Shown here piece after piece: positions 38,201 to 47,916 of a stretch of 64,000 nucleotides of DNA. Every line of letters begins with the position of its first letter. The first letter of the stretch is position 1. The notes below the pieces were generated by a model that saw only the letters and a list, made by a program, of their open reading frames with translations, made no database searches and was not told the DNA's origin. This stretch comes from a virus: positions 73,493-137,492 of the IMG/VR virus record IMGVR_UViG_3300020190_000010. One strand, written 5' to 3'. Both the position numbers and the translations under genes were made by a program.

Positions 38201-41200
38201 AAAAGTTTGATACAAAATACATAAAAGAATCTTCTGAATTTGATTGGGATGGTGGTCGTAGTTCTGCACCAGAAGTAAACTATTTCGATATAGGTGGTAA
38301 ATTTACCACAAAAGGATTCCATCGTTTAGCTGAAAAACTTGATACAAAATACATAAAAGAATCTTCTGAATTTGATTGGGATGGCGGTCCTGGTTCTGCA
38401 CCGGAAGTAAATTATTTTGATAAAGCTGGAAAATTTACAACTGCTGGATTTCATAGAAAAGCTGAAAAATTACAAACAAAATATGTAAAAGATTCATCAG
38501 AGTTCGATTGGAATGGAGGCAGAGATGCCGCAAAGACTGTTGATTTTTTTGGAAATGAAAGTGCACCTGGTTTTACAAAATTCCCAAAGGCATTAGAGTC
38601 CGAATATAAAAAAGATATTTCAAAATTTACTTTTAAGGGTAGCCAACCTATTCCGGTGAACTATTTTCCCGATAGTTACAACAAAGGTTTTACATTAAAA
38701 GCCCCAAAACTTGAAAGTGAATACACCGAAGATATTAGTGAATTTACGTGGAAAGGTGGTAGAGATGCTGCTCCCGCAGTAAATTTTTTGGTTAATGATC
38801 AAGGTGGTGGTTTTACAACTTTTGCTGCACCACTTGCATCCGAATATACCCAAGACATATCACAATTTACATTTAAGGGAGCAAGAAGCAATGCTCCTGC
38901 AGTTGATTATTTTGTAAATCAAAATGCACCTGGATTTGGACTGTTTCCACCATTACTTGAAAGTAAATATAATTCCGAAAGTAGTTTGTTTACTTGGAAA
39001 GGTGGTAGATCTGAAGCACCAAATGTTGATTATATTACAGATGAAGCTGGTCAGGGTTTCAAAACATTAAGTGCTTTATATCAAACATTTTATACTCCAG
39101 ATTTTGGAAACTATAATTGGAAAGGTGCTAGGTCTGAGGCACCAAATGTTAAGTATTTTGGAATAGGACCAATTGTAAGAAATAGTATACCAAATCCAAA
39201 TGGTGTAGGTCGTAACACAACTGCGGATGCAGGGTTTGTAACATTTTTTGATAATAAGGCAAATACACAACTTTCTTCGGGTTATTCATCATTATCAACG
39301 GAAAGTGGTCCTAATAAATCACCTGTAAATGATAAACCTACAACTAATTTCTTTGGTTTTACTCCATTTGAAAAAAGTGGATTTATGGTTAAGATGAACT
39401 CTTTTGCAGAGACGCTTTATCCAATAATAAAACCAGAATTAGTTTACAATTCTGATCCAGGATCTAGAACAGGATTAGAAATTAAAAGATCAGCCGGTGG
39501 AATATCAATATCCGATAGAGAAAAATATGCACCTGTAACTTTTGCTAAAAAGTCATGGTCATCCGCTGGTGTTCTAGCATCACTAACAAATCAAGTTCCT
39601 GACTCAAAAGTTAATGCTGAACCGAGTTATTATGGCAACCCGTATGCAAAAACAATGAAAGATGTTACGGAAAGTAAAGGTTATTTGGCAAAATGGGCAA
39701 TTACAAAAAAATCACCAACACCACTTGATGTTCAATATACTAAATTTAATTTAAGGGATGATTCATACAATAAAGATTTTGGTTTTGATCAACCATATGT
39801 TTTAAGAGATATAGGACAACGATGGGGATTTGGAATAGGATTTGATGAAGGTCTCGTTAGGGGTGGTGCGGTTACTGCTGCGGAAAGAATAGTTCAGGAT
39901 GTTTTCCGTATAGGTAAGTTTTTATTATCTGCAAAAGGATTGTTATTTCTTGCAAAACAAGTCGGTTTACAATTGATGAATCCAAGCGTAGATACTAGAC
40001 CTTCTCAAGGCATTATAGACACACTTTCATCAATTACAACATTAGGTATGTCTCCAACACAAATATACAATCCACTTGCTTTGATTGCAAATGTTGGTGG
40101 ATCACCAATTGGTTTGAGAATACCAAGACATAGTATTTTGGGTGCAATTGATTCTGCTCAATTAAACAAATATGAAGATACAACAAAAATTCGTGAATAT
40201 AAGTCTTGGCCGGATCCAACATCTGATATTTGGAAATCATTAGAAACACCAGACGGTGACGGTGATCAAACAGACTACAACAGATTGATCGGTTTGATGA
40301 AAGAATTATTACCAAATTCCTTTCAACCGGTGACAAATGTATCACGGGATAATTCATTAGAACCAAACATAGGCAGAATATCTAGTAATTTTGGAGGACC
40401 CAATGCTCCATTAGGAATTGGTGGAACTACAATAAGAAAATCAAGACATCCACATTTAGTTTATTATAGCACAAGTCCACTTCTTCCTGAATCAGATATA
40501 GTTAATACTGCTGCTGCACCGTCAGAATATGGTCCAACTGCTCCAAGCACAACAACTCCACCTCCAGGTGCAGGTGCTACTGTATCAACTACTGGAACAC
40601 CACCAACAAATGGCGCTCCAGCAGCAACTTCACCAACAGGTGGACCATCAACGAGCACACCAACAAGTGCATACACTGCACCACCTTGGAGTATAACAAG
40701 CGGTAAAAATCCAAAATTTCCTTTAACCGCCAGAAGAAATCAGTATTATAGTTATACAGATTTTACTGGTGAGGATAGTAATACATACTCGCAAGAAATA
40801 GTAAATGATTTTATTGAAACGGATAAAAAGGTTTTTGGTTCAATAAGAAAATTATCAGAGATATTAAATGGACCGTTAGAAGAATCTTCTTCGCCATCAA
40901 CTATTTTACCAAGTCCTATAAAATTACAAAATCAGTCTATACAAAGAATTAAACAATTGGATCCTTACGATCCTTCAAGAAGAACAATAGTAGATAGAGT
41001 TCGTAGAACAGATTTTGTAAATGCAGGTGTTGCAACTATTCCTAATGAAAAAATAAATCAATCATCTCCGGATGAATTAAATCCATTAAAAAAGTATTTA
41101 ACTGCAACATATAGTAATTTGAAAAAAGCAGATCCAAGTGTTCCAAACAGATTTAGAAAATATAATGATTTTAGATGGGATGTATATGCCGGTGGATCAG

Positions 41201-42708
41201 CAAGCCAAGTTACAGGATCAGACGGTCAAGTAACAACTGTTCCAGATACAGCAGATAAAGAATACTTTGTATCTGATCCAAGATTTGCTAAATTTCACTC
41301 TAGAAATTTGGAAAAGTATTTCGGTTTGGGTGCACATGGTGAACCAGGTTCTCAAAGAAATATACCGGCAATTACAAATTTGCTTTATGTTAAAGATTCA
41401 AAAACACAATCTGGAATAGCAAAATTAAAACCAGGTCGTCAATTCAGAGGAGATAGGATAAACATATTGGATTACAGAAAAGTATCAAAAAATATAACAA
41501 CCGATTTGGTATATGAAAAGGGAAAATATAATAATGAATCTATTCCAGGTACAAATGATATGATTGAATTTTATTTCACCGGTTTGAAAATTGCATCCGG
41601 TGGAGTAAATCGTCCTGCAGAAATAATAGCATTTAGAGCAACTTTTAATAATATAAATGAAAGTCATAATCCAAAATGGAATCCTGTAAAATATATGGGT
41701 AGAGGAGATCCACTCTATGTTTATGATGGATATGAAAGAAATATAAATTTTGGATTTGTTGTTCATATTGGATCTCGCGATGAAATGAAAGCATCGTGGC
41801 GTAAATTGAACTTTTTATCGTCATGGACTGCACCCGAATATACAAAGGGTGGACTAATTCGTGGACCTATGATTCGTTTGAATATAGGTCATTTGTATAG
41901 AAAAATGCCAGGTTTCATAAGTTCATTATCATATAGTTTTGACAATGTTGGAACTACATGGGAAACTGCACACCTTGAAGGCGATAGAAAATCAAATGTT
42001 AAAGCCGGTAATTTGAATTTATCAAATCCTGGCGTTTTACAATTACCAAAAACAATAGAAGTTTCTGTTGGATTTACTCCGGTTGGTGTTTACAGACCAG
42101 AATATAATGGTGTTATGTATTCACTATATGATGATAGTGATGCTACACTGGAAACAGGACTTTTACCGAAGGCGGCAAACAAAGTAAATTACTTCAGAGC
42201 TTTTGATGCATCAGAAGATTTACAGAGTGTTCCTGAATTGGATGATACTCAATTGTCATCACCAATGCCAGAAACAGAAACACAAATTCCAGTTGTTGAT
42301 GAAACAGCAAGAGAAGATACTCAAAAAGATACAATAGGCGATGTTGGTTTTGTTGCGAAAGAAGAAGTAAGAACAGGCGATGCCGCAAATCAACAAAATG
42401 GTGGTTCAACAAATGTTCCACAAACAGGAACTCCTAATGCAAACCTTCCGGCTGCAACAGGAACAAATCCTGATGTTAGTGCACAGAATTTGGTTCCAAA
42501 TTTAACTGGTCAACAGCAAAATACCGGTGGATTTAGTTTGGCAAGACCAGAAGAACCTATAAATGTACCAGATCCAGGAACATATCCGTCTGGTAATACA
42601 TCAGATCAATTAGATTCTATGCTTGCTGGGACTGCTATGGATCAAACACAAGCGGATGCTTTAGAACAAGCGAATGCTGCTAATGCACAAGTTGGTAACA
42701 CGCCATGA
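35242..42708 (+). CDS. Giant repeat protein with C-terminal baseplate tube-initiator-like domain
   Basis: 2488 aa with three internal repeat arrays; near the C-terminus FRATF..I.E...PKW..VKYMGRGDPLYVYDGYER.I.FGF...P.IRL.IG.LY..PGFISSL. Confidence 0.7.
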   Translation: MPLVDLRSDLSKFRSEVSREDKITPEASKAKDGKNFATLQPITDKLAEMSPDISAPKTQSVSSLLSKTKFDDIKPFKTKSLESRLSSTKLDDTKAFNTSPIENRLSSTKLDDTKAFNTSPIENRLETTKLDDIRTFKTQPIENYLETSKFDDIIKNVIENGLVNSVSKYSSINKTFTDLNFSRISIEQIASKFGEIRQEQFVSMLNKSEIKIEKQQHGTNNNDSNVNPEDSQLTSGLELSSPELTKNPNDASDNIENPNIQIQRKPLSLDRSEQSPELLINPDDASDNIENPNVLIIRKPLFADLSAQSVVINSDLFSPINNVINPNIALERNPLSIDRTDQTVEILTELPVDGFVTIPDTKILKVDLSSKLLEDTTSLNFDDEPLRYVPISRLMEMSPSQIVDTIKYDLQSIQLEDNTIYNIDSIQKTNPSGRNEDPSVSKFSVIGTQEVNFFQNNNVVGFTARQQIGDSKIIGSSIYGWNGKTAAAPAVSFMVDDNATGFTTFAQPNVSEYIPNSSKFSFANIPQTDFFDQNSKFTTSGFTTFALQYETEYKPDSSIFAWTGKSDSAPEVDFFDIKKLNTTSGFNRFPQLYDTKYIMESSVHDWDGNGASSPEVNYFDITNKYTTLGFGRLAQLYDSKYIADSSDFTWKGVVTSAPAVNYFDREGQNTNTGFHTFAQLYDSKYIPETSIHDWDGDRGSAPAINYFDLTSQNTNAGFQTFAQLYDSKYIPETSIYDWDGDRTTAPAVNYFDLTTKNTNVGFHILAQSLETKYIPDSSIYDWDGTRDNAPTVNYFDLTVKNTTEGFHKFSQLGITKYIPESSIYDWNGDRSQAPAVNYLDLLKQHTTEGFNTFTQFQISKYIKDSSQFNWDGFRSDAPAINYFDLTGKNTTVGFHTFAQKFDTKYIKESSEFDWDGFRLDAPAVNYFDLNSRHSTVGFHTFAQKFDTKYIKESSEFDWDGGRSQSPEVNYFDLPGKFTTIGFHRLAQKFDTKYIKESSEFDWDGGRSSAPEVNYFDIGGKFTTKGFHRLAEKLDTKYIKESSEFDWDGGPGSAPEVNYFDKAGKFTTAGFHRKAEKLQTKYVKDSSEFDWNGGRDAAKTVDFFGNESAPGFTKFPKALESEYKKDISKFTFKGSQPIPVNYFPDSYNKGFTLKAPKLESEYTEDISEFTWKGGRDAAPAVNFLVNDQGGGFTTFAAPLASEYTQDISQFTFKGARSNAPAVDYFVNQNAPGFGLFPPLLESKYNSESSLFTWKGGRSEAPNVDYITDEAGQGFKTLSALYQTFYTPDFGNYNWKGARSEAPNVKYFGIGPIVRNSIPNPNGVGRNTTADAGFVTFFDNKANTQLSSGYSSLSTESGPNKSPVNDKPTTNFFGFTPFEKSGFMVKMNSFAETLYPIIKPELVYNSDPGSRTGLEIKRSAGGISISDREKYAPVTFAKKSWSSAGVLASLTNQVPDSKVNAEPSYYGNPYAKTMKDVTESKGYLAKWAITKKSPTPLDVQYTKFNLRDDSYNKDFGFDQPYVLRDIGQRWGFGIGFDEGLVRGGAVTAAERIVQDVFRIGKFLLSAKGLLFLAKQVGLQLMNPSVDTRPSQGIIDTLSSITTLGMSPTQIYNPLALIANVGGSPIGLRIPRHSILGAIDSAQLNKYEDTTKIREYKSWPDPTSDIWKSLETPDGDGDQTDYNRLIGLMKELLPNSFQPVTNVSRDNSLEPNIGRISSNFGGPNAPLGIGGTTIRKSRHPHLVYYSTSPLLPESDIVNTAAAPSEYGPTAPSTTTPPPGAGATVSTTGTPPTNGAPAATSPTGGPSTSTPTSAYTAPPWSITSGKNPKFPLTARRNQYYSYTDFTGEDSNTYSQEIVNDFIETDKKVFGSIRKLSEILNGPLEESSSPSTILPSPIKLQNQSIQRIKQLDPYDPSRRTIVDRVRRTDFVNAGVATIPNEKINQSSPDELNPLKKYLTATYSNLKKADPSVPNRFRKYNDFRWDVYAGGSASQVTGSDGQVTTVPDTADKEYFVSDPRFAKFHSRNLEKYFGLGAHGEPGSQRNIPAITNLLYVKDSKTQSGIAKLKPGRQFRGDRINILDYRKVSKNITTDLVYEKGKYNNESIPGTNDMIEFYFTGLKIASGGVNRPAEIIAFRATFNNINESHNPKWNPVKYMGRGDPLYVYDGYERNINFGFVVHIGSRDEMKASWRKLNFLSSWTAPEYTKGGLIRGPMIRLNIGHLYRKMPGFISSLSYSFDNVGTTWETAHLEGDRKSNVKAGNLNLSNPGVLQLPKTIEVSVGFTPVGVYRPEYNGVMYSLYDDSDATLETGLLPKAANKVNYFRAFDASEDLQSVPELDDTQLSSPMPETETQIPVVDETAREDTQKDTIGDVGFVAKEEVRTGDAANQQNGGSTNVPQTGTPNANLPAATGTNPDVSAQNLVPNLTGQQQNTGGFSLARPEEPINVPDPGTYPSGNTSDQLDSMLAGTAMDQTQADALEQANAANAQVGNTP
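35430..35700 (+). repeat. 60-bp (20-aa) in-frame repeat, about 5 copies
   Basis: RLSSTKLDDTKAFNTSPIEN and variants. Confidence 0.8.
36580..39160 (+). repeat. About 20 in-frame repeats of 41-44 aa (132 bp)
   Basis: Consensus APAVNYFDxxxxxTxxGFHxFAQxYDTKYIxESSxFDWDGxRxx; units at 37210 and 37342 are 132 bp apart. Confidence 0.9.
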
Positions 42709-42830
42709 ATTGAAACTCCTGCTACTAATTCCAAAAAGAAAAAGAAAGGAAAGAAGAAGAAATAAATGGTAAATAATACAGTATAGATATTTATTAAAGT
42801 GATATTGAAATCATTTACATAAGAGGAATT

Positions 42831-43166
42831 ATGTCAAAAAGATATGGTGGAACATATATTGTTCAAAATGCTAGAAAGATAGAATCTGACGGAATAAATA
42901 AATTCGTCAGAAGACTATCTACTGTTTTTTATCCAAATTTTAATAAAGCGGAAGATACACAAATTCTTTCACAAGAAGGTGACAGATTGGATATATTGGC
43001 AAAAGAATACTATAATGATGAATCATTGTGGTTTGTTATTGCTAAGGCAAATAATTTAGGTAAAGGTAGTCTTGATGTTCCTGCTGGATTAGTGATAAGA
43101 ATACCGTATTATCAAGAAGATACCGGTATAGCTTCCTTATTAGATGGTTACAATAATTGGAGATAA
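42831..43166 (+). CDS. LysM-like baseplate protein (gp53-like)
   Basis: GDRLDILAKEYYNDESLWFVIAKAN.......G..IRIP. Confidence 0.8.
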   Translation: MSKRYGGTYIVQNARKIESDGINKFVRRLSTVFYPNFNKAEDTQILSQEGDRLDILAKEYYNDESLWFVIAKANNLGKGSLDVPAGLVIRIPYYQEDTGIASLLDGYNNWR

Positions 43167-43172
43167 TATTTT

Positions 43173-45170
43173 ATGCCAAAATGGAGTAGTGGATATGATA
43201 ATCCCTTTTATCATAATGTTGGTGGAAGTGTAAAGGGTGAATTGGCTGCTAGAGCAACACAGGTAGGAACTAGAGTTCGTGGTGGAAAAAATACAAAAGC
43301 AGTAGAATGGTCATATGGAAAAACCGCATATGGTCATGTTGTTGGTGGGGGCATTCCTCTTGGATTTCCAGGTGACAGAGTTATGAGTGATAAAAGTGGT
43401 GCATTAAAATTATACAACTCAAATAATTTGCCAAGATTTCCTTTATTAACGTCTATTGATGTAACTAATGATGGAACAATTGGATCTCTTTTACGAGGAA
43501 ACTTTGCATTTTCATTTTGGCCGGAAATAAGTGCTGGTGGATTTTCTATGAAAGGGGTTGATAGTGCATATTTTGTTCCAGGAAAAGAAGTTAAAATGTC
43601 TTGGGGATGGAGCTATGGTGGTCCTGCCTGTAAACAGGCATTTACTGGAATAATAAGTAATTTCAATTGGTCATTCAATGTAGACTTATCATTATCAGCA
43701 ACAATATCTATTGTATCGGCCGCAACTATTGCAGTTGGTGCTTCTGGAGATCAATCAACAAAATCAGAGGAAGGTGCTGCTGGTGAAGTAACAGATCCAG
43801 CAAAAGTTGTTGTTGAAGGAAATAATTTGGCATCTATTATTGATGCAGATTTAGGAACTGGAAAAGAAGAGGGAGCAGCAGGAACTGATGGAGATGTGCC
43901 AACTCCACCGCCAGATTCATCAGGTGGAGCTGGTATACCAACTTGGGTTCCTGCTGCTGCAGGAGAAGTATTTGATCTTGCTGCTGGTAACACGGTTAGC
44001 AAAATGTTAGACTATGTTGGAATTGCATGGCCGTATCAAGAATCCGATGGTGAGGAGGATGAAGTTGAAAACCCAGATCCACCACCACCACCGCCTGAAT
44101 CAGCTGCTGTTAAACCATTTTGGTATGTGAATGTTTATAGTCTTGTTGATTTCGCAAATAAGATAATAGAAAAATTTGAAGGTGGCGGCGGTGGTTTGGG
44201 AAAAGTATTCAAAGTCGCGGTTGAAGGTAATATAACACAAAAATTACCAATACAGTCTGCATTTCCAATTGATGTTGTATTTCCTGATTCAGCTGTTATG
44301 GGAAAATACGGAGACTGTGTACCACAGTATAAAGATGCTGCATTTGTCAATGGAAATGACATAAACATAGGCGGCATATTGATTGGAACAGACTACATAA
44401 AAGAAACTTTCAAAAATTTTATTCAAGAAAATTCTGCAAATGTTTTCTATAAAAACTTAACAAATTGGTTTGAAACATTATTGAAAAGAATAAATGTTGC
44501 TTCTGGAGAAATGTATCAATTATCACCAGTTTTATGCGAACCACCGAGCAATTTTGATGGAAACGCTGATGGTAAATTGGCAGTGTGTATTCTTTCAATA
44601 GAAGATTCAAATTTATCATCAACTCATACGAATAAAGTTACACCATTAAAATTTACTGCAGATATTTATAGACCACTGATAAAGAATGTTAATATATCGT
44701 CAAAACCACCTGCACCAATGGCAGCGGCTGCTTATGTTAAAGCTCGTGGTGCAAATAAACCTGCAAATATAGAAGTAAAGGCAGATGCAGCGTCTGGAGG
44801 CGATGCAGCGGCAGTTCAACAAAAATTAGTAAAGGCGGTTGAAAATTTTTCAAAAACAGGATTCAATGATGCATGGTGTGAGGCGTTTAGAGGAAATTTG
44901 GCAAAATTAAAAAAAATGTCCACAAGTCCTGGAAATGCACATTGGTTAAATATGGCATTATATCCAGTTGATTTTTCTATAACGATAGATGGCGTTAGTG
45001 GATTTAGGTTTGGTGATGTAATATCAACAAATCTTGTCCCGAAAACTTATGTTGATAATAAATTAGTATTTGTTATTACAAAAATTGAACATAAAATATC
45101 TGGTGGTATGTGGGAAACCACATTACATACTGCAGCCAGATTGAAAATGGACGGAAGTGGAACACTTTAA
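43173..45170 (+). CDS. Baseplate hub-like protein
   Basis: PG.EV.MSWGWS, GIISNFNWS, C-terminal SITIDGVSGFRFGD...FVITKIEHKI...WETTL. Confidence 0.6.
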   Translation: MPKWSSGYDNPFYHNVGGSVKGELAARATQVGTRVRGGKNTKAVEWSYGKTAYGHVVGGGIPLGFPGDRVMSDKSGALKLYNSNNLPRFPLLTSIDVTNDGTIGSLLRGNFAFSFWPEISAGGFSMKGVDSAYFVPGKEVKMSWGWSYGGPACKQAFTGIISNFNWSFNVDLSLSATISIVSAATIAVGASGDQSTKSEEGAAGEVTDPAKVVVEGNNLASIIDADLGTGKEEGAAGTDGDVPTPPPDSSGGAGIPTWVPAAAGEVFDLAAGNTVSKMLDYVGIAWPYQESDGEEDEVENPDPPPPPPESAAVKPFWYVNVYSLVDFANKIIEKFEGGGGGLGKVFKVAVEGNITQKLPIQSAFPIDVVFPDSAVMGKYGDCVPQYKDAAFVNGNDINIGGILIGTDYIKETFKNFIQENSANVFYKNLTNWFETLLKRINVASGEMYQLSPVLCEPPSNFDGNADGKLAVCILSIEDSNLSSTHTNKVTPLKFTADIYRPLIKNVNISSKPPAPMAAAAYVKARGANKPANIEVKADAASGGDAAAVQQKLVKAVENFSKTGFNDAWCEAFRGNLAKLKKMSTSPGNAHWLNMALYPVDFSITIDGVSGFRFGDVISTNLVPKTYVDNKLVFVITKIEHKISGGMWETTLHTAARLKMDGSGTL

Positions 45171-45181
45171 CGGAGTATGTA

Positions 45182-45868
45182 ATGGCAACAAGAAAAAAGA
45201 TATTTTATTCTGAAAATCAAATTACTAAAAACTTATTTACCAAAGGACAGGAATTGATGTATCTTGATGATTGGAAAGAATATAGTGGTTATTATCATCA
45301 GTATTCCACAGGTGAAAAATATACAGAAAGAGATTGGGATCCTGTTAAATCAAAAAGATTGATTAGATATAAAGAAGGTAATGCTAGTTATTTCAAGTAT
45401 CTTGATCTAAAACATTTTACTGTGTTTTCAAACGGAGAAAAAAGAAAACTGTTGGGAACAAACACACAGTTTTATAGATACAGGTCTCCATCTGTTGTTA
45501 AAAGAAGGCCAACTACAAAAGAGTTGGAAGCGGGTGTTATACAAAGATTTTTTGTGTATAAAAGAAACGAGAAAGATAGAGTTTTATATGAGATTGATCA
45601 AGAACAGGCATCCACTTACAACACAAAAAATGGTGGAATAAACCAATTTCTTTATGGTTTAATAGCTATTCCATGGAAACTATCCGGTCCTGAATACGAT
45701 GTCTATAAAAATGATATATTAGTTACTCCTGGAGTAGTTGATACCAATAGAAGAATTGTTTTGCGGCATTCAAAAAAATTTCGTATATTAGCAGAACTAT
45801 TGCACAATTATAGAGAATTTAGTAAATATGATGGTCAATTCAATCCACGACCATGTATTAACTGTTAA
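45182..45868 (+). CDS. Hypothetical baseplate-module protein
   Basis: GGAG SD before ATG 45182; Y.GYYH, RFFV.KRN, WKLSGP. Confidence 0.65.
   Translation: MATRKKIFYSENQITKNLFTKGQELMYLDDWKEYSGYYHQYSTGEKYTERDWDPVKSKRLIRYKEGNASYFKYLDLKHFTVFSNGEKRKLLGTNTQFYRYRSPSVVKRRPTTKELEAGVIQRFFVYKRNEKDRVLYEIDQEQASTYNTKNGGINQFLYGLIAIPWKLSGPEYDVYKNDILVTPGVVDTNRRIVLRHSKKFRILAELLHNYREFSKYDGQFNPRPCINC
45760..45791 (+). promoter_or_regulatory. Host-type promoter inside the upstream CDS, ahead of the DNA polymerase gene
   Basis: TTTG 45760-45763, 20 nt, TATATTAG 45784-45791. Confidence 0.5.
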
Positions 45869-45883
45869 TATACAAACTTTATT

Positions 45884-47098
45884 ATGACATTTCAAGAAAA
45901 ACCTTCGGTTTGCATTCCAATTACAAGCAATCCAAACAAACACCCGTCTGCAGTTGGCATTATTGGTATGTATTTTCTATTTACCGATGGGGAAGAACAA
46001 TACATAAATTTTACACATCCAGATGAAGTAGATACAGACATTAAGTTAAATGAAATAAAATTGCATCCAAAAACACTTGTATTCAATAAGAAAGCATTGG
46101 CATATAACGGTTTCAATGATGGTATCGATCTAAATTCATATGTACATTATTATACATCAGACTATATCAATCCAAAAGAATTTTATCCGAAGGGTATGGA
46201 AACGCTCGCCAATAAATTTTACAAAATAGAAGATTTAGGTCATGTCATACCACTTTCAAAACAATTGGAATGGGCAAGAAAGATTGCAAAATATGTTATG
46301 AGAGTTTATACAGAAAACCCAATTGAACAGAGTTGTATAGATTACTGTAATGATTTCATAAATGTATTCCATGAAATAGAAAAGAATGATATTCTTGTTG
46401 GCGATGAAACGAAGAAACAAAATTATATGTGGTATACTGCAACAGGTAGACCGAGTAATGCTTGGGATGGTTTTAATTTCTCTGCAATGAATAAGAAAGA
46501 CGGCAGTAGAGATAAAATTAGTTCAAGATTTGAAGGCGGTAAGATAGTTCAATTTGATTATGATGCGTTCCATATAAAACTACTTGCTAAGATATTGGAT
46601 TATCAATTTGAATATCATCCGTATGAGCAGATACAGAGTGATTTGGATATGGACATGGACTATGACCAATTCAAATCAAAAGTATTTCAAAACATATATG
46701 GAACAATTACGCCTGAATTTATGAACCACACTTTCTTTAGATCAGTTCAGGCACTCATAGATGAAATGTATTCCTTATATGAAACCGATGGCATGGTAAA
46801 GTCTTGGTTTTACGAAAAGAATTTCAGAGATATTCAAGATGCAACACCTAATAAAGTATTCAATTATGTTCTTCAATCATTGGAAACCGAATACAATGTC
46901 CGTAAGATAAAAAGTATTTTACCACATTTACAAAATAAGAAGTCTGTGTTTATGATGTATCTTTATGATGCTTTTGTTTTTGATATTCATCCAGATGAAA
47001 TGGATTTAATTGACACTCTGCAGTCTGCATTTGAGACAGATAATATGTCAATAAAAATTTATGTTGGCGAGGATTTTGGTAACATTAAACAAATTTAG
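45884..47098 (+). CDS. polA: Compact family A DNA polymerase
   Basis: TATGRPSN, motif A QFDYDAFHIKLLA, motif B KSKVFQNIYG, NYVLQSLETE, motif C LYDAFVFD. Confidence 0.75.
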   Translation: MTFQEKPSVCIPITSNPNKHPSAVGIIGMYFLFTDGEEQYINFTHPDEVDTDIKLNEIKLHPKTLVFNKKALAYNGFNDGIDLNSYVHYYTSDYINPKEFYPKGMETLANKFYKIEDLGHVIPLSKQLEWARKIAKYVMRVYTENPIEQSCIDYCNDFINVFHEIEKNDILVGDETKKQNYMWYTATGRPSNAWDGFNFSAMNKKDGSRDKISSRFEGGKIVQFDYDAFHIKLLAKILDYQFEYHPYEQIQSDLDMDMDYDQFKSKVFQNIYGTITPEFMNHTFFRSVQALIDEMYSLYETDGMVKSWFYEKNFRDIQDATPNKVFNYVLQSLETEYNVRKIKSILPHLQNKKSVFMMYLYDAFVFDIHPDEMDLIDTLQSAFETDNMSIKIYVGEDFGNIKQI

Positions 47099-47115
47099 GA
47101 ACATATTTATATTAA

Positions 47116-47538
47116 GTGCGGAAATTTACAAAAAATGAGAGAAAATTATTGAAGACACAGCTTGTATGTACTTTTGCAAGAAAATACCAAGTTCAAGAAA
47201 CTTTGGATAATATAAAAGAAAATTTTTCTATATTAAACAACAAAGTATTTCATTTTAAGTCTTTTGATACAAAAGAAGATGTAATACTTTCGTATAATGT
47301 CATAATGGATAGTTACAAAAAATTTCTCCCAAATTCAATAATGGTTCATCAAAAACGAGAAACAAATACGATATACACAATAAATGCTCTAAATGAATTG
47401 ATAATGAATTTGAATAATGGTATACTTGATAAAAAATATCCTATTGAATGGGAAAGATACCGTAATTGTGCACTTCTTAAAAATAAAGAAGGTTTCCGTG
47501 TTGTTAAGATATTTTTAGTTAGAGTGTATAATTGGTAA
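47116..47538 (+). CDS. Hypothetical protein
   Basis: TQLVCTF...HQKRETNTIYTINALN...W..Y; the start may instead be TTG 47149. Confidence 0.65.
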   Translation: MRKFTKNERKLLKTQLVCTFARKYQVQETLDNIKENFSILNNKVFHFKSFDTKEDVILSYNVIMDSYKKFLPNSIMVHQKRETNTIYTINALNELIMNLNNGILDKKYPIEWERYRNCALLKNKEGFRVVKIFLVRVYNW

Positions 47539-47586
47539 TTTAATTTCAATTCTATATTTATTATGAGAACAATTAAAAGATAAAAC

Positions 47587-47916
47587 ATGAAAAATAAACA
47601 CAACAAAGAAAATTTGATAAATGAAATTACAAAAAAACTTGTAAATGTTTTTTGCAAGTTTAACTTTATCAATGAAGCAAGTGGATTTGATACAATTTTT
47701 GATGAACTAAAAAAGAAACTAACAGATATATCAATGCTTCCGGATAATGTTATAGATGCTAGTAAGTATAAAGAACATGAGATAATAGATGCACTAAAAT
47801 CAATTGGCTACGAATATAAAAAGCCAATGTCTGGTAAATTACACTTTTTTAATAAAAAAACAAGTATAAGTGTTTATTTGATCCAAAAAGACTCAAAAAT
47901 AACTCTAATACCATGA
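47587..47916 (+). CDS. Hypothetical protein
   Basis: ORF after an ATATTTAT motif, with LINE/FINE sites near the N-terminus. Confidence 0.55.
   Translation: MKNKHNKENLINEITKKLVNVFCKFNFINEASGFDTIFDELKKKLTDISMLPDNVIDASKYKEHEIIDALKSIGYEYKKPMSGKLHFFNKKTSISVYLIQKDSKITLIP

Noticed and set aside
37900-38400. Near-identical ~45-bp blocks with variable intervals, resembling a CRISPR array or DGR repeats
   Set aside because: The 132-bp period is in frame within a protein repeat, the intervals are homologous to each other, and no cas or reverse transcriptase gene is present.
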